This document shows positions 36,155 to 43,998 of a stretch of 64,000 nucleotides of DNA, one piece after another. Source of the stretch: Planctomycetota bacterium (GTDB lineage Bacteria; Planctomycetota; UBA1135); the NCBI GenBank assembly GCA_021776925.1, contig JAJFFB010000043.1, forward strand, positions 38,630 through 102,629, written 5' to 3'. The translations under genes and the position numbers were made by a program. The notes under the pieces were generated by a model that was not told the origin of the DNA, did no database searches, and saw nothing but the letters and a program-made list of their open reading frames with translations. Each line of letters begins with the position of its first letter. The first letter of the stretch is position 1.

Positions 36155-36781
36155 TCATCCTCTCAAGCTATTGAGTCTGTTTTCCCCCATGGCAATCTCG
36201 CAATCTCGGCAAGTGGATATCCAGGCGAGAGAGGACTCAGTATTCAAATGATGGTATTCACCAAAGCCAATAGATCCGGCATTTGGAAAGAGGCCGTTTT
36301 TAGAATCCTGCCAAATCTCAGAACCATAGTAGTCCAGCCAGGGTACCGGGACCCAAGTAAGCAGGGCGCCATGCATCCTGCAGACCAGATCAACCAATTG
36401 TCCATTCGGAGCGTCCATGCTCCAATCCTCCTTGAGGTCTAGAGAAACCCCAGTACATGCGGAGCACGCCCAAAACCAGGCGCCCTTCTCATCCTCGCCG
36501 AAGGTGTTGCTTCGATACTCCATGGAGAGGCGTTTCCAAGAATTGGGGGTTGCAGTAGAAAGCGGTTCGCCTCTTCCCCCCCCCCACCTCACAAAAACAC
36601 ACCCCATTTCCAATCCATGAAGCTCACACTTTCCCCATGGGATCTCATCGATAACGCGATTTGCCGAAACCAACCCGGTCCTGTCCTCTTCATGCCCACA
36701 TCCAGGACAGATAACAATAACGAGGACGACACTGGAAAGGAGTGCGGCCAAGAGTGAATCACGGATTTGGACCCGAACCAT
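36155..36781 (-). CDS. Cys/Trp-rich hypothetical protein (three CxxC motifs), low G+C
   Basis: Track ORF 36155..36784 starts at TTG; ATG at 36781-36779 is the likelier start and shares one nucleotide with the upstream stop (TGATG). N-terminal hydrophobic segment LLAALLSSVVLVIVIC. Motifs CPGC, CSAC and CRDC. I recognise no family. Confidence 0.6.
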   Translation of the reverse strand: MVRVQIRDSLLAALLSSVVLVIVICPGCGHEEDRTGLVSANRVIDEIPWGKCELHGLEMGCVFVRWGGGRGEPLSTATPNSWKRLSMEYRSNTFGEDEKGAWFWACSACTGVSLDLKEDWSMDAPNGQLVDLVCRMHGALLTWVPVPWLDYYGSEIWQDSKNGLFPNAGSIGFGEYHHLNTESSLAWISTCRDCEIAMGENRLNSLRG

Positions 36782-37080
36782 CAAGGACCAACACCTGAAT
36801 CTGGAAGAACGCTGGGCACCCAGGCCAGGCGGGCGCGGCCGCGCAGGCGTTTGACGGCGGCTTCGGCGCGGAAGGCGGAACTCTGGTCGGGGAAGGGGCC
36901 GTAATGGGCGGCTAGGGTCCAGGGGCGGCCGGCCTGAGTTGCACGAGCGCCGCCGGGCAGGCAGCCGTTGTGCTGCTCCAGGCGGCGCTCTACGGCCTTG
37001 GTGGCGCCGACGTAGGTGCGGCGCCCGCAGGCGGAAAGCAGGACGTAGACCTGCCAGGGGTCGTCGCCCGAATCAGAAAT
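36781..37080 (-). CDS. GIY-YIG nuclease-family small protein, no canonical start codon
   Basis: Hand translation of an unlisted minus frame: ...DDPWQVYVLLSACGRRTYVGATKAVERRLEQHNGCLPGGARATQAGRPWTLAAHYGPFPDQSSAFRAEAAVKRLRGRARLAW...*. It has the GIY (VYVL) and YIG (YVG) boxes, RRLxQHN and a conserved Glu. No in-frame ATG/GTG/TTG exists; ATT 37080-37078 or CTG 37104-37102 are the only near-cognate options. Confidence 0.6.
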   Translation of the reverse strand: MSDSGDDPWQVYVLLSACGRRTYVGATKAVERRLEQHNGCLPGGARATQAGRPWTLAAHYGPFPDQSSAFRAEAAVKRLRGRARLAWVPSVLPDSGVGP

Positions 37081-37837
37081 CTGATTCCTCGGTTTCGTCC
37101 GCAGAGCTGGAGTCGCTGCGGAAGGTGTTCTGGATCGTAATCGAGGTTCCGGATCCCTTGAATTCGATCACCGCTTCGGCTCCGTATTTCTCGCGCGCCT
37201 CGGCGATCATGGCGGCACGCTCTTCCTCGGGAGTGTCGCCGGGATAGCGGACGTGGACGCTGCGCTCAGCGCCCTCTTGAGGGAACATGTCGAAAGGCCA
37301 GTTTCGCCCCAAGCCACTCCAATCTTCGCCCCAGGCCGGGAAATCCATCGGAAGGAATTCGAACGGCGGGAATTCCACCCGGGGAAATTCCACCCAAGGG
37401 AATTCGATCGATGGGAACGGGTGATCGGGCCACAAGCGGTCGATTTCGGGCTTCTGCAGCCAGTCGAGGCTCGGGCTCCCTTCGGGCAGGCGGTCGAGCG
37501 GGAAATCCAGGTCCGCTCCTGGACGGCGCCCGAGGATCATTTCCTTGATCAGAACCTGGTCGCCGCGGACCAGCTTCAGGGTGACGAAATCTCCGGCGAG
37601 CAGTCCACTCAGGACCTCGACCAGCCGCGGCGAAGAGGAGATCTCGATGTCGTTGACGGCGAGCACGCGGTCGCCGGCCTGGAGTCCGGCCAGTGCCGCA
37701 GCGGTCTTGTCCTGCACCACGGCGATGGCGGCGCCATTTTGATCATTTTCCGGGTCGAGTTCGACCCCGAGGAAGCCCCCCTGCGCACTCAGGCTAGGGG
37801 CCAGGAGGAGAACAATGGGAATCAACAGTGACTTCAT
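37073..37837 (-). CDS. secreted PDZ-domain protein with EFP-type peptide repeats
   Basis: 254 aa. Signal peptide MKSLLIPIVLLLAPSLSA. PDZ (GFLGVELD...LQAGDRVLAVNDIEI...VTLKLVRG). Repeat SIEFPWVEFPRVEFPPFEFLPMDFP. Confidence 0.8.
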   Translation of the reverse strand: MKSLLIPIVLLLAPSLSAQGGFLGVELDPENDQNGAAIAVVQDKTAAALAGLQAGDRVLAVNDIEISSSPRLVEVLSGLLAGDFVTLKLVRGDQVLIKEMILGRRPGADLDFPLDRLPEGSPSLDWLQKPEIDRLWPDHPFPSIEFPWVEFPRVEFPPFEFLPMDFPAWGEDWSGLGRNWPFDMFPQEGAERSVHVRYPGDTPEEERAAMIAEAREKYGAEAVIEFKGSGTSITIQNTFRSDSSSADETEESDF

Positions 37838-37858
37838 GGTTTTGTCAGGTGGTTAATC

Positions 37859-39238
37859 TTACTGGACCACGAGGGCCAAGGGATTGGACAAGCCGCCTTC
37901 CCCATAGGCCTCTTGCAGAGCCTGCATCCAGATGGAGCGCCCCGCAAGAGCAACCGGTACCCGGAAGGTATCCAGGACCCGGCCCTGCTCATCAGGGAAA
38001 TAGCTGTCCAGGTGAAGGATCGGTAGCGACAGGAACAGGTCGCCGAAAGGAGTACTCATCGGGCCGGCGCCGGTTAGCGAATAATATACCGAAACCGCCG
38101 CGCTGGGCAGGTCGGCACGGGTGATCTCGACCTCGGCCACCCCGCCGGCAACCAGGTTGCGCACCTCGAGCTGCATGGCACTGACGAAGTCGCTGAAGCG
38201 GATGTCGTCGAGGGCGATGCCTTCGTTCTGGTCGTAACTGAAATTGTCCGCCTGGGCGAAGGCCAGGTAGTAACGCGCGTTGACCGGCAGCACCTGGGTC
38301 GACAGCGGCAGGCGCACGTTGACCCAGTCGCGGCTGTAGTTGGTGATCAGCGCCCAGTCGCGGACCAGCGGCGTCCACACCAATCCGTCGGGGCTGAGAA
38401 AAACGCCGTCGTCGGGGTCGCTCTCTTCACCGAGGTTTTTGACCGAAAAATGCAGGGTCATGGCGTCGAAGCCGCGCCCATCTACGCCGACGACCAGCGC
38501 GTTGGCGACAAAGTGGGGCGCGAGGATGCTCGGCGCACCCCCCATCTCGATGGCATAGGAGCCGCTGTTGGCGTAGGTCGGCAAGCCGTATTGGCCGTAG
38601 TTGACCCAGGCCTCGGCGTCGGCGAGCCGGGTCTCTTCGTCGAGTTCGTTGATCGCCATCCAGGCGTCGAGCATGCCGCCTTCGAAATCGGCGGTCAGGC
38701 GCTGCACCGGCCGGAACAGCGCCGGCAGATTGGGCCAATGCTGCGGCGGCACGTACGGTTGGTCGTCAACCCGTACCCGGTCGAGGCCCCATTCGTTGGC
38801 GCCGTCGCCAGCGTAGTGGAAGTTGAGGCGCACTCCGCTGTGACCGGCAAGACTGCCGAGATCGAGGTCGGTACGCAGTCCGTCGCCGCTGAGCGGCCCG
38901 GTGATGTCCTCCAACAGACGGAAGGTCAGGCCCCCGTCCAGGGTCGCCTCGACCCGGTTGTGATGGCGGAAAACCGAATAGCGCTGGCTGTGCAGCAGAT
39001 GCAGATGAATCGCGCTACTGGAGCTGAAATCCAGCGGCGGGGTCAGCAGGGAGCTGTCGGCGAAGCCGGGCAGGTCATCGTGGAAGGCGGCCGAAAAGCC
39101 GTCGTGCTGCCAGTTCGAACCGGCACCGCTGTGCACCACGTTCCAGCCGGTGGGCGGGAAGACCTGGCTGTCAAAGTCTTCGTCCAAGGCCACCCACTGC
39201 GGGCTGGCGGCGAACATCAGGGTGAGGAGCACGCTCAT
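37859..39238 (-). CDS. secreted tandem beta-sandwich (MAM / choice-of-anchor-J-like) protein with family C-terminal module, paralog P1
   Basis: Start ATG 39238 overlaps the P2 stop (ATGA). Short hydrophobic N-terminus MSVLLTLMFAASPQ. Family motifs LDEDFDSQVFPPTGW, VDDQPYVPPQHWPNLP, GEESDPDDGVFLSPDG, LDDIRF, YSLTGAGPMSTPFG, C-terminus SNPLALVVQ. Confidence 0.8.
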   Translation of the reverse strand: MSVLLTLMFAASPQWVALDEDFDSQVFPPTGWNVVHSGAGSNWQHDGFSAAFHDDLPGFADSSLLTPPLDFSSSSAIHLHLLHSQRYSVFRHHNRVEATLDGGLTFRLLEDITGPLSGDGLRTDLDLGSLAGHSGVRLNFHYAGDGANEWGLDRVRVDDQPYVPPQHWPNLPALFRPVQRLTADFEGGMLDAWMAINELDEETRLADAEAWVNYGQYGLPTYANSGSYAIEMGGAPSILAPHFVANALVVGVDGRGFDAMTLHFSVKNLGEESDPDDGVFLSPDGLVWTPLVRDWALITNYSRDWVNVRLPLSTQVLPVNARYYLAFAQADNFSYDQNEGIALDDIRFSDFVSAMQLEVRNLVAGGVAEVEITRADLPSAAVSVYYSLTGAGPMSTPFGDLFLSLPILHLDSYFPDEQGRVLDTFRVPVALAGRSIWMQALQEAYGEGGLSNPLALVVQ

Positions 39239-40272
39239 TGCACCACCTCCGCGATGGCGTTGGATCGGGTTCCGCCGCCACCGGCCTGAAGTTCGATCGC
39301 CTGCACCCACAGCAGGCGCCCGGTCAGCGCGAAGGGAATCGGGAAATCGGTGGTCAGCACGCCAAAGCCGTTGGAGGTCATCGGCGGCAGCTGGGTGACC
39401 GGCGGCGACAGCGCCAGATCGCCGTAGGGCGAACCGCTCGGGCCCGCTCCGCTGAGCGAATAGGCCAGTTGCACGGTGGCTCCCGGAAGCAGCGTTTCAA
39501 CGCGCAGGGTGGCGTCGGTGCCGCCAACCAGTGAACTCATGCTGAATAGCGGCCGCAAGGAGGGCGTCCACATCGAGACCTGGTCAAATTCGTAGCCGAA
39601 GGTCGAGCCCGATCCGGAAATGAACTTCAATTCGTTGAAGTGAATGTCGGGCATGGTCTCGTCGATCCCGGGATTGGTCTCGGGAAAGGCCTCGAGCGGA
39701 TCGGCCCACACGCGCACGCGGTCGTCGCCGACCTTGAAGTCGATGCGCGTGACCAGCGTGCTGGCAAAGTCGACGTTGGTTCCGGGGATGAACACCGGGT
39801 CGGTGACCCACGGTTTCTCGATGCCGAGTTCGTCACTGCCGAAGGGGCTGCCGATGAACAGGGCCTCTTCCTGGAACTGCCAGTTCAGGACCATACCGCC
39901 GTAGGCCTCGTCGCCGCCAGGAATGCGCCGCAGCGAAAAACGGAACCACAACGTGGTGCCGTCCTTGCCCAAGGTCCAATTGTCGGCGATCTCGAGCATC
40001 GAAGCCATGTCGAGCAGGTGATAGCTGGCGGCGTGGTCGCCCTTGCCACGCAGCATGCCGCCGATGCGGTCGTGTCCGGGGTACTCAACCGCGCCCCAGT
40101 CACCGTTGTCCCCTGACCACCAGGTACCGGTGAAGCCCTTGCCGCCCTCGACGCCGCCGATGAAGCCGGGCTCGTACTCGAAGCTGTCGTGCAGCAAGCG
40201 CACGTTCTGCGCCGTTCCGGAGGCGCTCAGCAGCGCCCCGGTGGCAAGAGTGAGGAGCAGGAGTCTGCGCAT
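39235..40272 (-). CDS. secreted LamG/ConA-like-pattern protein carrying the same C-terminal module, paralog P2
   Basis: Start ATG 40272 lies 2 nt after the GH13 stop. Signal peptide MRRLLLLTLATGALLSASGTA. The N-terminal domain differs from P1 (LLHDSFEYEPGFIGG...GFTGTWW...TLWFRFSL...RVWADP). The C-terminal 100 aa align with P1/P3/P4/P5 (YSLSGAGPSGSPYGDLALSPP...LWVQAIEL...SNAIAEVVQ). Confidence 0.78.
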   Translation of the reverse strand: MRRLLLLTLATGALLSASGTAQNVRLLHDSFEYEPGFIGGVEGGKGFTGTWWSGDNGDWGAVEYPGHDRIGGMLRGKGDHAASYHLLDMASMLEIADNWTLGKDGTTLWFRFSLRRIPGGDEAYGGMVLNWQFQEEALFIGSPFGSDELGIEKPWVTDPVFIPGTNVDFASTLVTRIDFKVGDDRVRVWADPLEAFPETNPGIDETMPDIHFNELKFISGSGSTFGYEFDQVSMWTPSLRPLFSMSSLVGGTDATLRVETLLPGATVQLAYSLSGAGPSGSPYGDLALSPPVTQLPPMTSNGFGVLTTDFPIPFALTGRLLWVQAIELQAGGGGTRSNAIAEVVQ

Positions 40273-40274
40273 GT

Positions 40275-42458
40275 TCAGTCCTGTGAGTAGACCAGGGCGG
40301 TGTAGGGCCCGACCGGAATCACCGCGCTGTAAGGCATACCATCCCATGGGGTGGCGGTTGCCTGAACGTCGGTCGAGGCGAAGTTGCCGAAGAAGGCGTC
40401 GTAGCCCGACCAGTCGCTATTGAAGCGCAGACGCCAGGTGCCCGCTTGCGGCAGGCCGATGCGGTAGTTGCTCCAGCCGCGGTCGGCGAAATTGGCCACC
40501 ACCACGACGTCGTCGCCGGGTCCGCCCTGGTCCCAACGATGGAAGGCGATCATCTTGTCGCCGTTGTTGACGTGGTGGACGTTGGTACCGTGGCCGCGCA
40601 GGCCACGGGTACTGTTAGACCAGTTGCGGCGCAGCCTGATCAGGTCGCGGTACATCGCGCGGATGCCGCTGAAGGTGACGCGCCGGCCCCAGTCCAGGGG
40701 CTGGTCGTCGTCGAAGTAGCCGTCTTCGAGGAATTCCTGCCCCTGGAACAGCATCGGAATGCCGGGCGAGGTCAGCATCAGCGCCGCGCCCAGTGTCGAG
40801 CGTTTCTTCGAGTACCAGGAGTCGGCGTTGCCCGGCCAGATCTCCTCGGGCACGCGCGCGCCACCGTTGGCGTTTTCATCGTGGGACTCGGTGTAGATGA
40901 CGCGCTGGAACGCGTCGCCGTTGTAGTTGTGGGCGATGGCGTCGCGCACCGCGTACATGTCGCGGTCGGAATCGTTGGGGGCGATCAGCGCGGCGCGCAG
41001 CGGATGCACGAACTCGGCGTCCCACTGGCTGTCAAAGCCGGCCCCGCCAGCACCGCTGTCCTGGGTGATCCAGGGGTTGTTCCACATGTCCTCGGCGATC
41101 GAGATCTTCCAGCCCTGGAACCAGTCGATCTCGTTGTTGACCCACTGCAGCAAGGTCCAGGCCTCGGGGATGTCGCCGCTATTGCCATTGCGCATGAAGG
41201 AGGTCGAATCCCAACGCAAACCGTCGAGGCGGTACTCCTGCAGCCAGAACATCGCGTTGTCGCGGATGTACTGGCGGACTTCCCCGCGACCATAGTCGGG
41301 GCGCGTGTCGCCCCACGGAGTCACGGCGCGGTCGTCGTTGTAGAAATACACCCCCCCCCACGGCCCCTGGGCCCAGCCGTCGAAGCGCCACATGTCGAGG
41401 TCGTTGGGACCCCAGTGATTGTTGACCACGTCGAGGATCACGGCGATGCCGCGCAGGTGCGCCTGCTTGACGAACTCGCGCAACGCTGCAGGCCCGCCGT
41501 AGGCGCTCTCCACGGCAAAAGGTTGGCTGTAGTTGTAGCCCCAGCTCCGATCGCCGGGGAATTCGGCCACCGGCATCAGCTCGATGACGTTGATGCCGAG
41601 GTCGGCGAGGTCGTCCAGTTTCTGCAGCGCGTGCCACAGCGTGCCCGGACCGCTGCCGTTGTTGTCGTTGAAGGTACCGACGTGCATCTCGTAGAGCACC
41701 ATGTCGTCCCAGCTCGGCGTGCTCCATGACTGCCCGCCCCAGTCGAAACGCGAGGCGTCGACGACCACCGAATCGCCGACCGAGTTGGTCATCTCTTCGG
41801 CGCGCGGATCGTTGCGCCACAAGGTGCTGCCGTTGCGCAGCACGTATTGATAATGCGCCCCGTGGCCGAGATTGCGCACGTCGAGCGACCAGTGGCCGTT
41901 GCCTTCGGAAACCATCGGACTGCGCGTCGCCGACCAGCCGTTGAACAGGCCGGCGAGCCACACCTTGCTGGCGTTGGGAGCCCACACGCGGAAGGCGGTT
42001 CCGCTCTCGCCGGTGACGCCGTCGAGGTAGGGGGAAGCGCCCATGCCGCCCCGGATCGAGGCCTTTTCCCGGGTGCGGTAATCAATGCCATAACTGGTAC
42101 CGGTCGAATGGCGGACGCCGATCCACCAGCGCCCACTGCGCAGCGACGGATCGGTGCGCGGGCCGACGACCAGGCTCTCGTTGCTGGTGCCCGGCGTGGC
42201 CGCAGCCATGTCCCAATTGTGCAGATCGGGCTTGGAGCCGAAGCGCAGATAGAGGTCGGCGTCGTTGCCCAGCTGTTGGGTCAAATCGACCTCGAGGCTG
42301 GCCTGCCAATCCTCGACCCAGATCGAATAATAATCGAAGCGGATGGCCACCGGGGCGGCCTGTCCGCCCGCGGGCGGAGGCACTTGCACCTGTCCGGCCC
42401 AGGCCGAAGCGGCAAAAAGGCCCGTGAAGAACGGAAGGGCGAGGGAGTAAGGCAACAT
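40275..42458 (-). CDS. secreted GH13 alpha-amylase-family enzyme (branching-enzyme-like, with N-terminal PPC-like and CBM48-like modules)
   Basis: 727 aa with a signal peptide. All four GH13 regions are present: LDVVNNH, GLRWDSTSF, SIAEDMW, YTESHDE. Upstream are FRVWAPNASKVWLAGLFNGW (E-set/CBM48-like) and DADLYLRFGSKPD (pre-peptidase C-terminal-like). Confidence 0.9.
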   Translation of the reverse strand: MLPYSLALPFFTGLFAASAWAGQVQVPPPAGGQAAPVAIRFDYYSIWVEDWQASLEVDLTQQLGNDADLYLRFGSKPDLHNWDMAAATPGTSNESLVVGPRTDPSLRSGRWWIGVRHSTGTSYGIDYRTREKASIRGGMGASPYLDGVTGESGTAFRVWAPNASKVWLAGLFNGWSATRSPMVSEGNGHWSLDVRNLGHGAHYQYVLRNGSTLWRNDPRAEEMTNSVGDSVVVDASRFDWGGQSWSTPSWDDMVLYEMHVGTFNDNNGSGPGTLWHALQKLDDLADLGINVIELMPVAEFPGDRSWGYNYSQPFAVESAYGGPAALREFVKQAHLRGIAVILDVVNNHWGPNDLDMWRFDGWAQGPWGGVYFYNDDRAVTPWGDTRPDYGRGEVRQYIRDNAMFWLQEYRLDGLRWDSTSFMRNGNSGDIPEAWTLLQWVNNEIDWFQGWKISIAEDMWNNPWITQDSGAGGAGFDSQWDAEFVHPLRAALIAPNDSDRDMYAVRDAIAHNYNGDAFQRVIYTESHDENANGGARVPEEIWPGNADSWYSKKRSTLGAALMLTSPGIPMLFQGQEFLEDGYFDDDQPLDWGRRVTFSGIRAMYRDLIRLRRNWSNSTRGLRGHGTNVHHVNNGDKMIAFHRWDQGGPGDDVVVVANFADRGWSNYRIGLPQAGTWRLRFNSDWSGYDAFFGNFASTDVQATATPWDGMPYSAVIPVGPYTALVYSQD

Positions 42459-42534
42459 CAGGGAAAACCCGCTGCAGACGGATCTGCATCCAATTCTACC
42501 ACCAGAAGGCGGCGCTAGGATGTCCCGCCGTGCG

Positions 42535-42611
42535 GCGCCCGTAGCTCAACAGGATAGAGCACCGGACTTCTAATCCGACGGTTCCAGGTTCGAGTCCTGG
42601 CGGGCGCGCCA
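42535..42611 (+). tRNA. tRNA-Arg (anticodon TCT)
   Basis: Hand-folded cloverleaf. Acceptor GCGCCCG/CGGGCGC, D arm GCTC..GAGC, anticodon arm CCGGA-CTTCTAA-TCCGA (one C-A mismatch at the top of the stem), T arm CCAGG-TTCGAGT-CCTGG, encoded CCA. Confidence 0.9.
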
Positions 42612-42621
42612 GGCGGCTGGA

Positions 42622-43998
42622 TCAGGGCAGAACGAAGGTGTTGGGGGTGGAAATCACCACCACGCCGTTAAAAAGCTCTACCGCCTGGCTCCACGCGGTC
42701 AGGCCCGAGGTCCACGGGGGCGCTTCGCCGGTGATGCGCACCTGGCCGGCAGCGTCGGCGAAGGAAACCGCCAGGATCTCGATCGGGCGGCTCAGATCCA
42801 GCGCCCCCCACGGGGTGAAGGTGGGTCCCGGTCCGACCTTGGAAAAATAGAAGGTGACGCGGGCGGCGGGCTGGGCGCGGAGGACCTCCAGGTTGACCTT
42901 GTTGTTGAGGCCGCTCCAGACGTCGAGTTCAGGCTGGTAGAAAAAGCGCAGATCATCGACCACCACGCCGTCGAGGTCGGCGAATGGCCGGTTGTCGGCC
43001 TGGGCGATGGCGAAGTAGAAATCGATGCTGGTGTCGACGTCGGCCGAATCCAGCGGAACGCGCACCGACTGCCAGGTACCAAGGTTGCCGGGCCCGCCGG
43101 TGGCGGTTTCCCAGTCATTGCCCAGCGCGAACCAGGTGGTGCCGTCCTGGCTCAGGAACACGCCGTCGTCGGGGTCGACTTCTTCGCCAAAATTGAGCGC
43201 ATTGAACTGACACAGGAGGCGTCCGCCGCCCCCGCCGTTGAGGCCAACGATCAAGGCGTTGGACATGATCGGGCCGGGACCGCTGCCCGGGCGCCGCCCC
43301 ATTTCCAGAGCACACTCGCCGAAGGCGGTAGTGCACGGACCGAGCTGACCGTAATTGCACCAGGCATCGGCGCTGTCCAAACGACTGGCAGCGTCAAGGG
43401 CGTTGACGCGCAGGTACATCGGAAAGAGCCCGTCCAGCCCCTCGAAATCCTGGAAGAAACCATCGGCCATAGTGATGCGTTGCGGCAGGTGCGGCCAGCG
43501 CGGCGGCGGCGCATAGGGTTGGTCGTCGACGCGCACCGATTCCAGCCACCACTGATTGGAGAAATCTCCCTGGTAGTGAAAGGCCAGCTGCACGGTCGGC
43601 AGCCCGGCCCAGGCGCTGAGATCCAGTTCCAGCATCTGGCCGCCGCCGTCGGCGATCGCCGACACGTAGACGTCGCTGAAAGTAAGGCCGCCATCGAGGG
43701 AGACCTGCATCGCGTTGCGATCCCGGAAGGGACTGTCCAAGGAACCCTCGACCGCGTGCAGCCACACAGAACCGAAGGACTGCAGGTCCATGACCGGGGT
43801 CAGCAGGCGGCTGTCCTGAGCACCGAGGAAGGCGTCGTGCAGTGCACTGCCGCTGGACTCTTCCCAGCCCGGCCCCACGCCCAGGAAGGTCTCGCTCCAG
43901 GCCGGTGGCGGAAACACGCCGCCGTCGAAACTCTCGTCCAAAGCCACCTGCTGGGACGGCGCGGTGAAGAGCAGCAGCAACGCGGCAACCGCAACCAT
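42622..43998 (-). CDS. secreted tandem beta-sandwich protein with family C-terminal module, paralog P3
   Basis: Start ATG 43998-43996 shares one nucleotide with the P4 stop (TGATG). N-terminus MVAVAALLLLFTAPSQ. Motifs LDESFDGGVFPPPAW, VDDQPYAPPPRWPHLP, GEEVDPDDGVFLSQDG, VDDLRF, FSKVGPGPTFTPWG. Confidence 0.8.
   Translation of the reverse strand: MVAVAALLLLFTAPSQQVALDESFDGGVFPPPAWSETFLGVGPGWEESSGSALHDAFLGAQDSRLLTPVMDLQSFGSVWLHAVEGSLDSPFRDRNAMQVSLDGGLTFSDVYVSAIADGGGQMLELDLSAWAGLPTVQLAFHYQGDFSNQWWLESVRVDDQPYAPPPRWPHLPQRITMADGFFQDFEGLDGLFPMYLRVNALDAASRLDSADAWCNYGQLGPCTTAFGECALEMGRRPGSGPGPIMSNALIVGLNGGGGGRLLCQFNALNFGEEVDPDDGVFLSQDGTTWFALGNDWETATGGPGNLGTWQSVRVPLDSADVDTSIDFYFAIAQADNRPFADLDGVVVDDLRFFYQPELDVWSGLNNKVNLEVLRAQPAARVTFYFSKVGPGPTFTPWGALDLSRPIEILAVSFADAAGQVRITGEAPPWTSGLTAWSQAVELFNGVVVISTPNTFVLP

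Larger units (their letters stand above)
35928..36790. other. low-G+C islet
   Basis: Three 60-nt lines counted by hand (36181, 36241, 36301) give 55%, 40% and 50% G+C. The adjacent line at 37021 gives about 65%, and most flanking coding sequence is higher still. Confidence 0.8.

Noticed and set aside
36065-36442. Plus-strand 125-aa ORF in the low-G+C islet, beginning inside repeat copy A.
   Set aside because: It overlaps the more coherent minus-strand Cys-rich ORF. Its first residues are just the translated repeat (the same peptide string appears at copy B). It has no start context or recognisable features.
36576-36585. C10 homopolymer (G10 on the coding strand, Gly-Gly-Gly codons) inside the low-G+C gene, considered as a phase-variation tract.
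   Set aside because: Runs of 9 G/C also occur in ordinary genes here, encoding GGG or PPP: pepN at 30417-30425, GH13 at 41351-41359, NHL at 51377-51385, and 56550-58. The tract is therefore not distinctive enough on its own.
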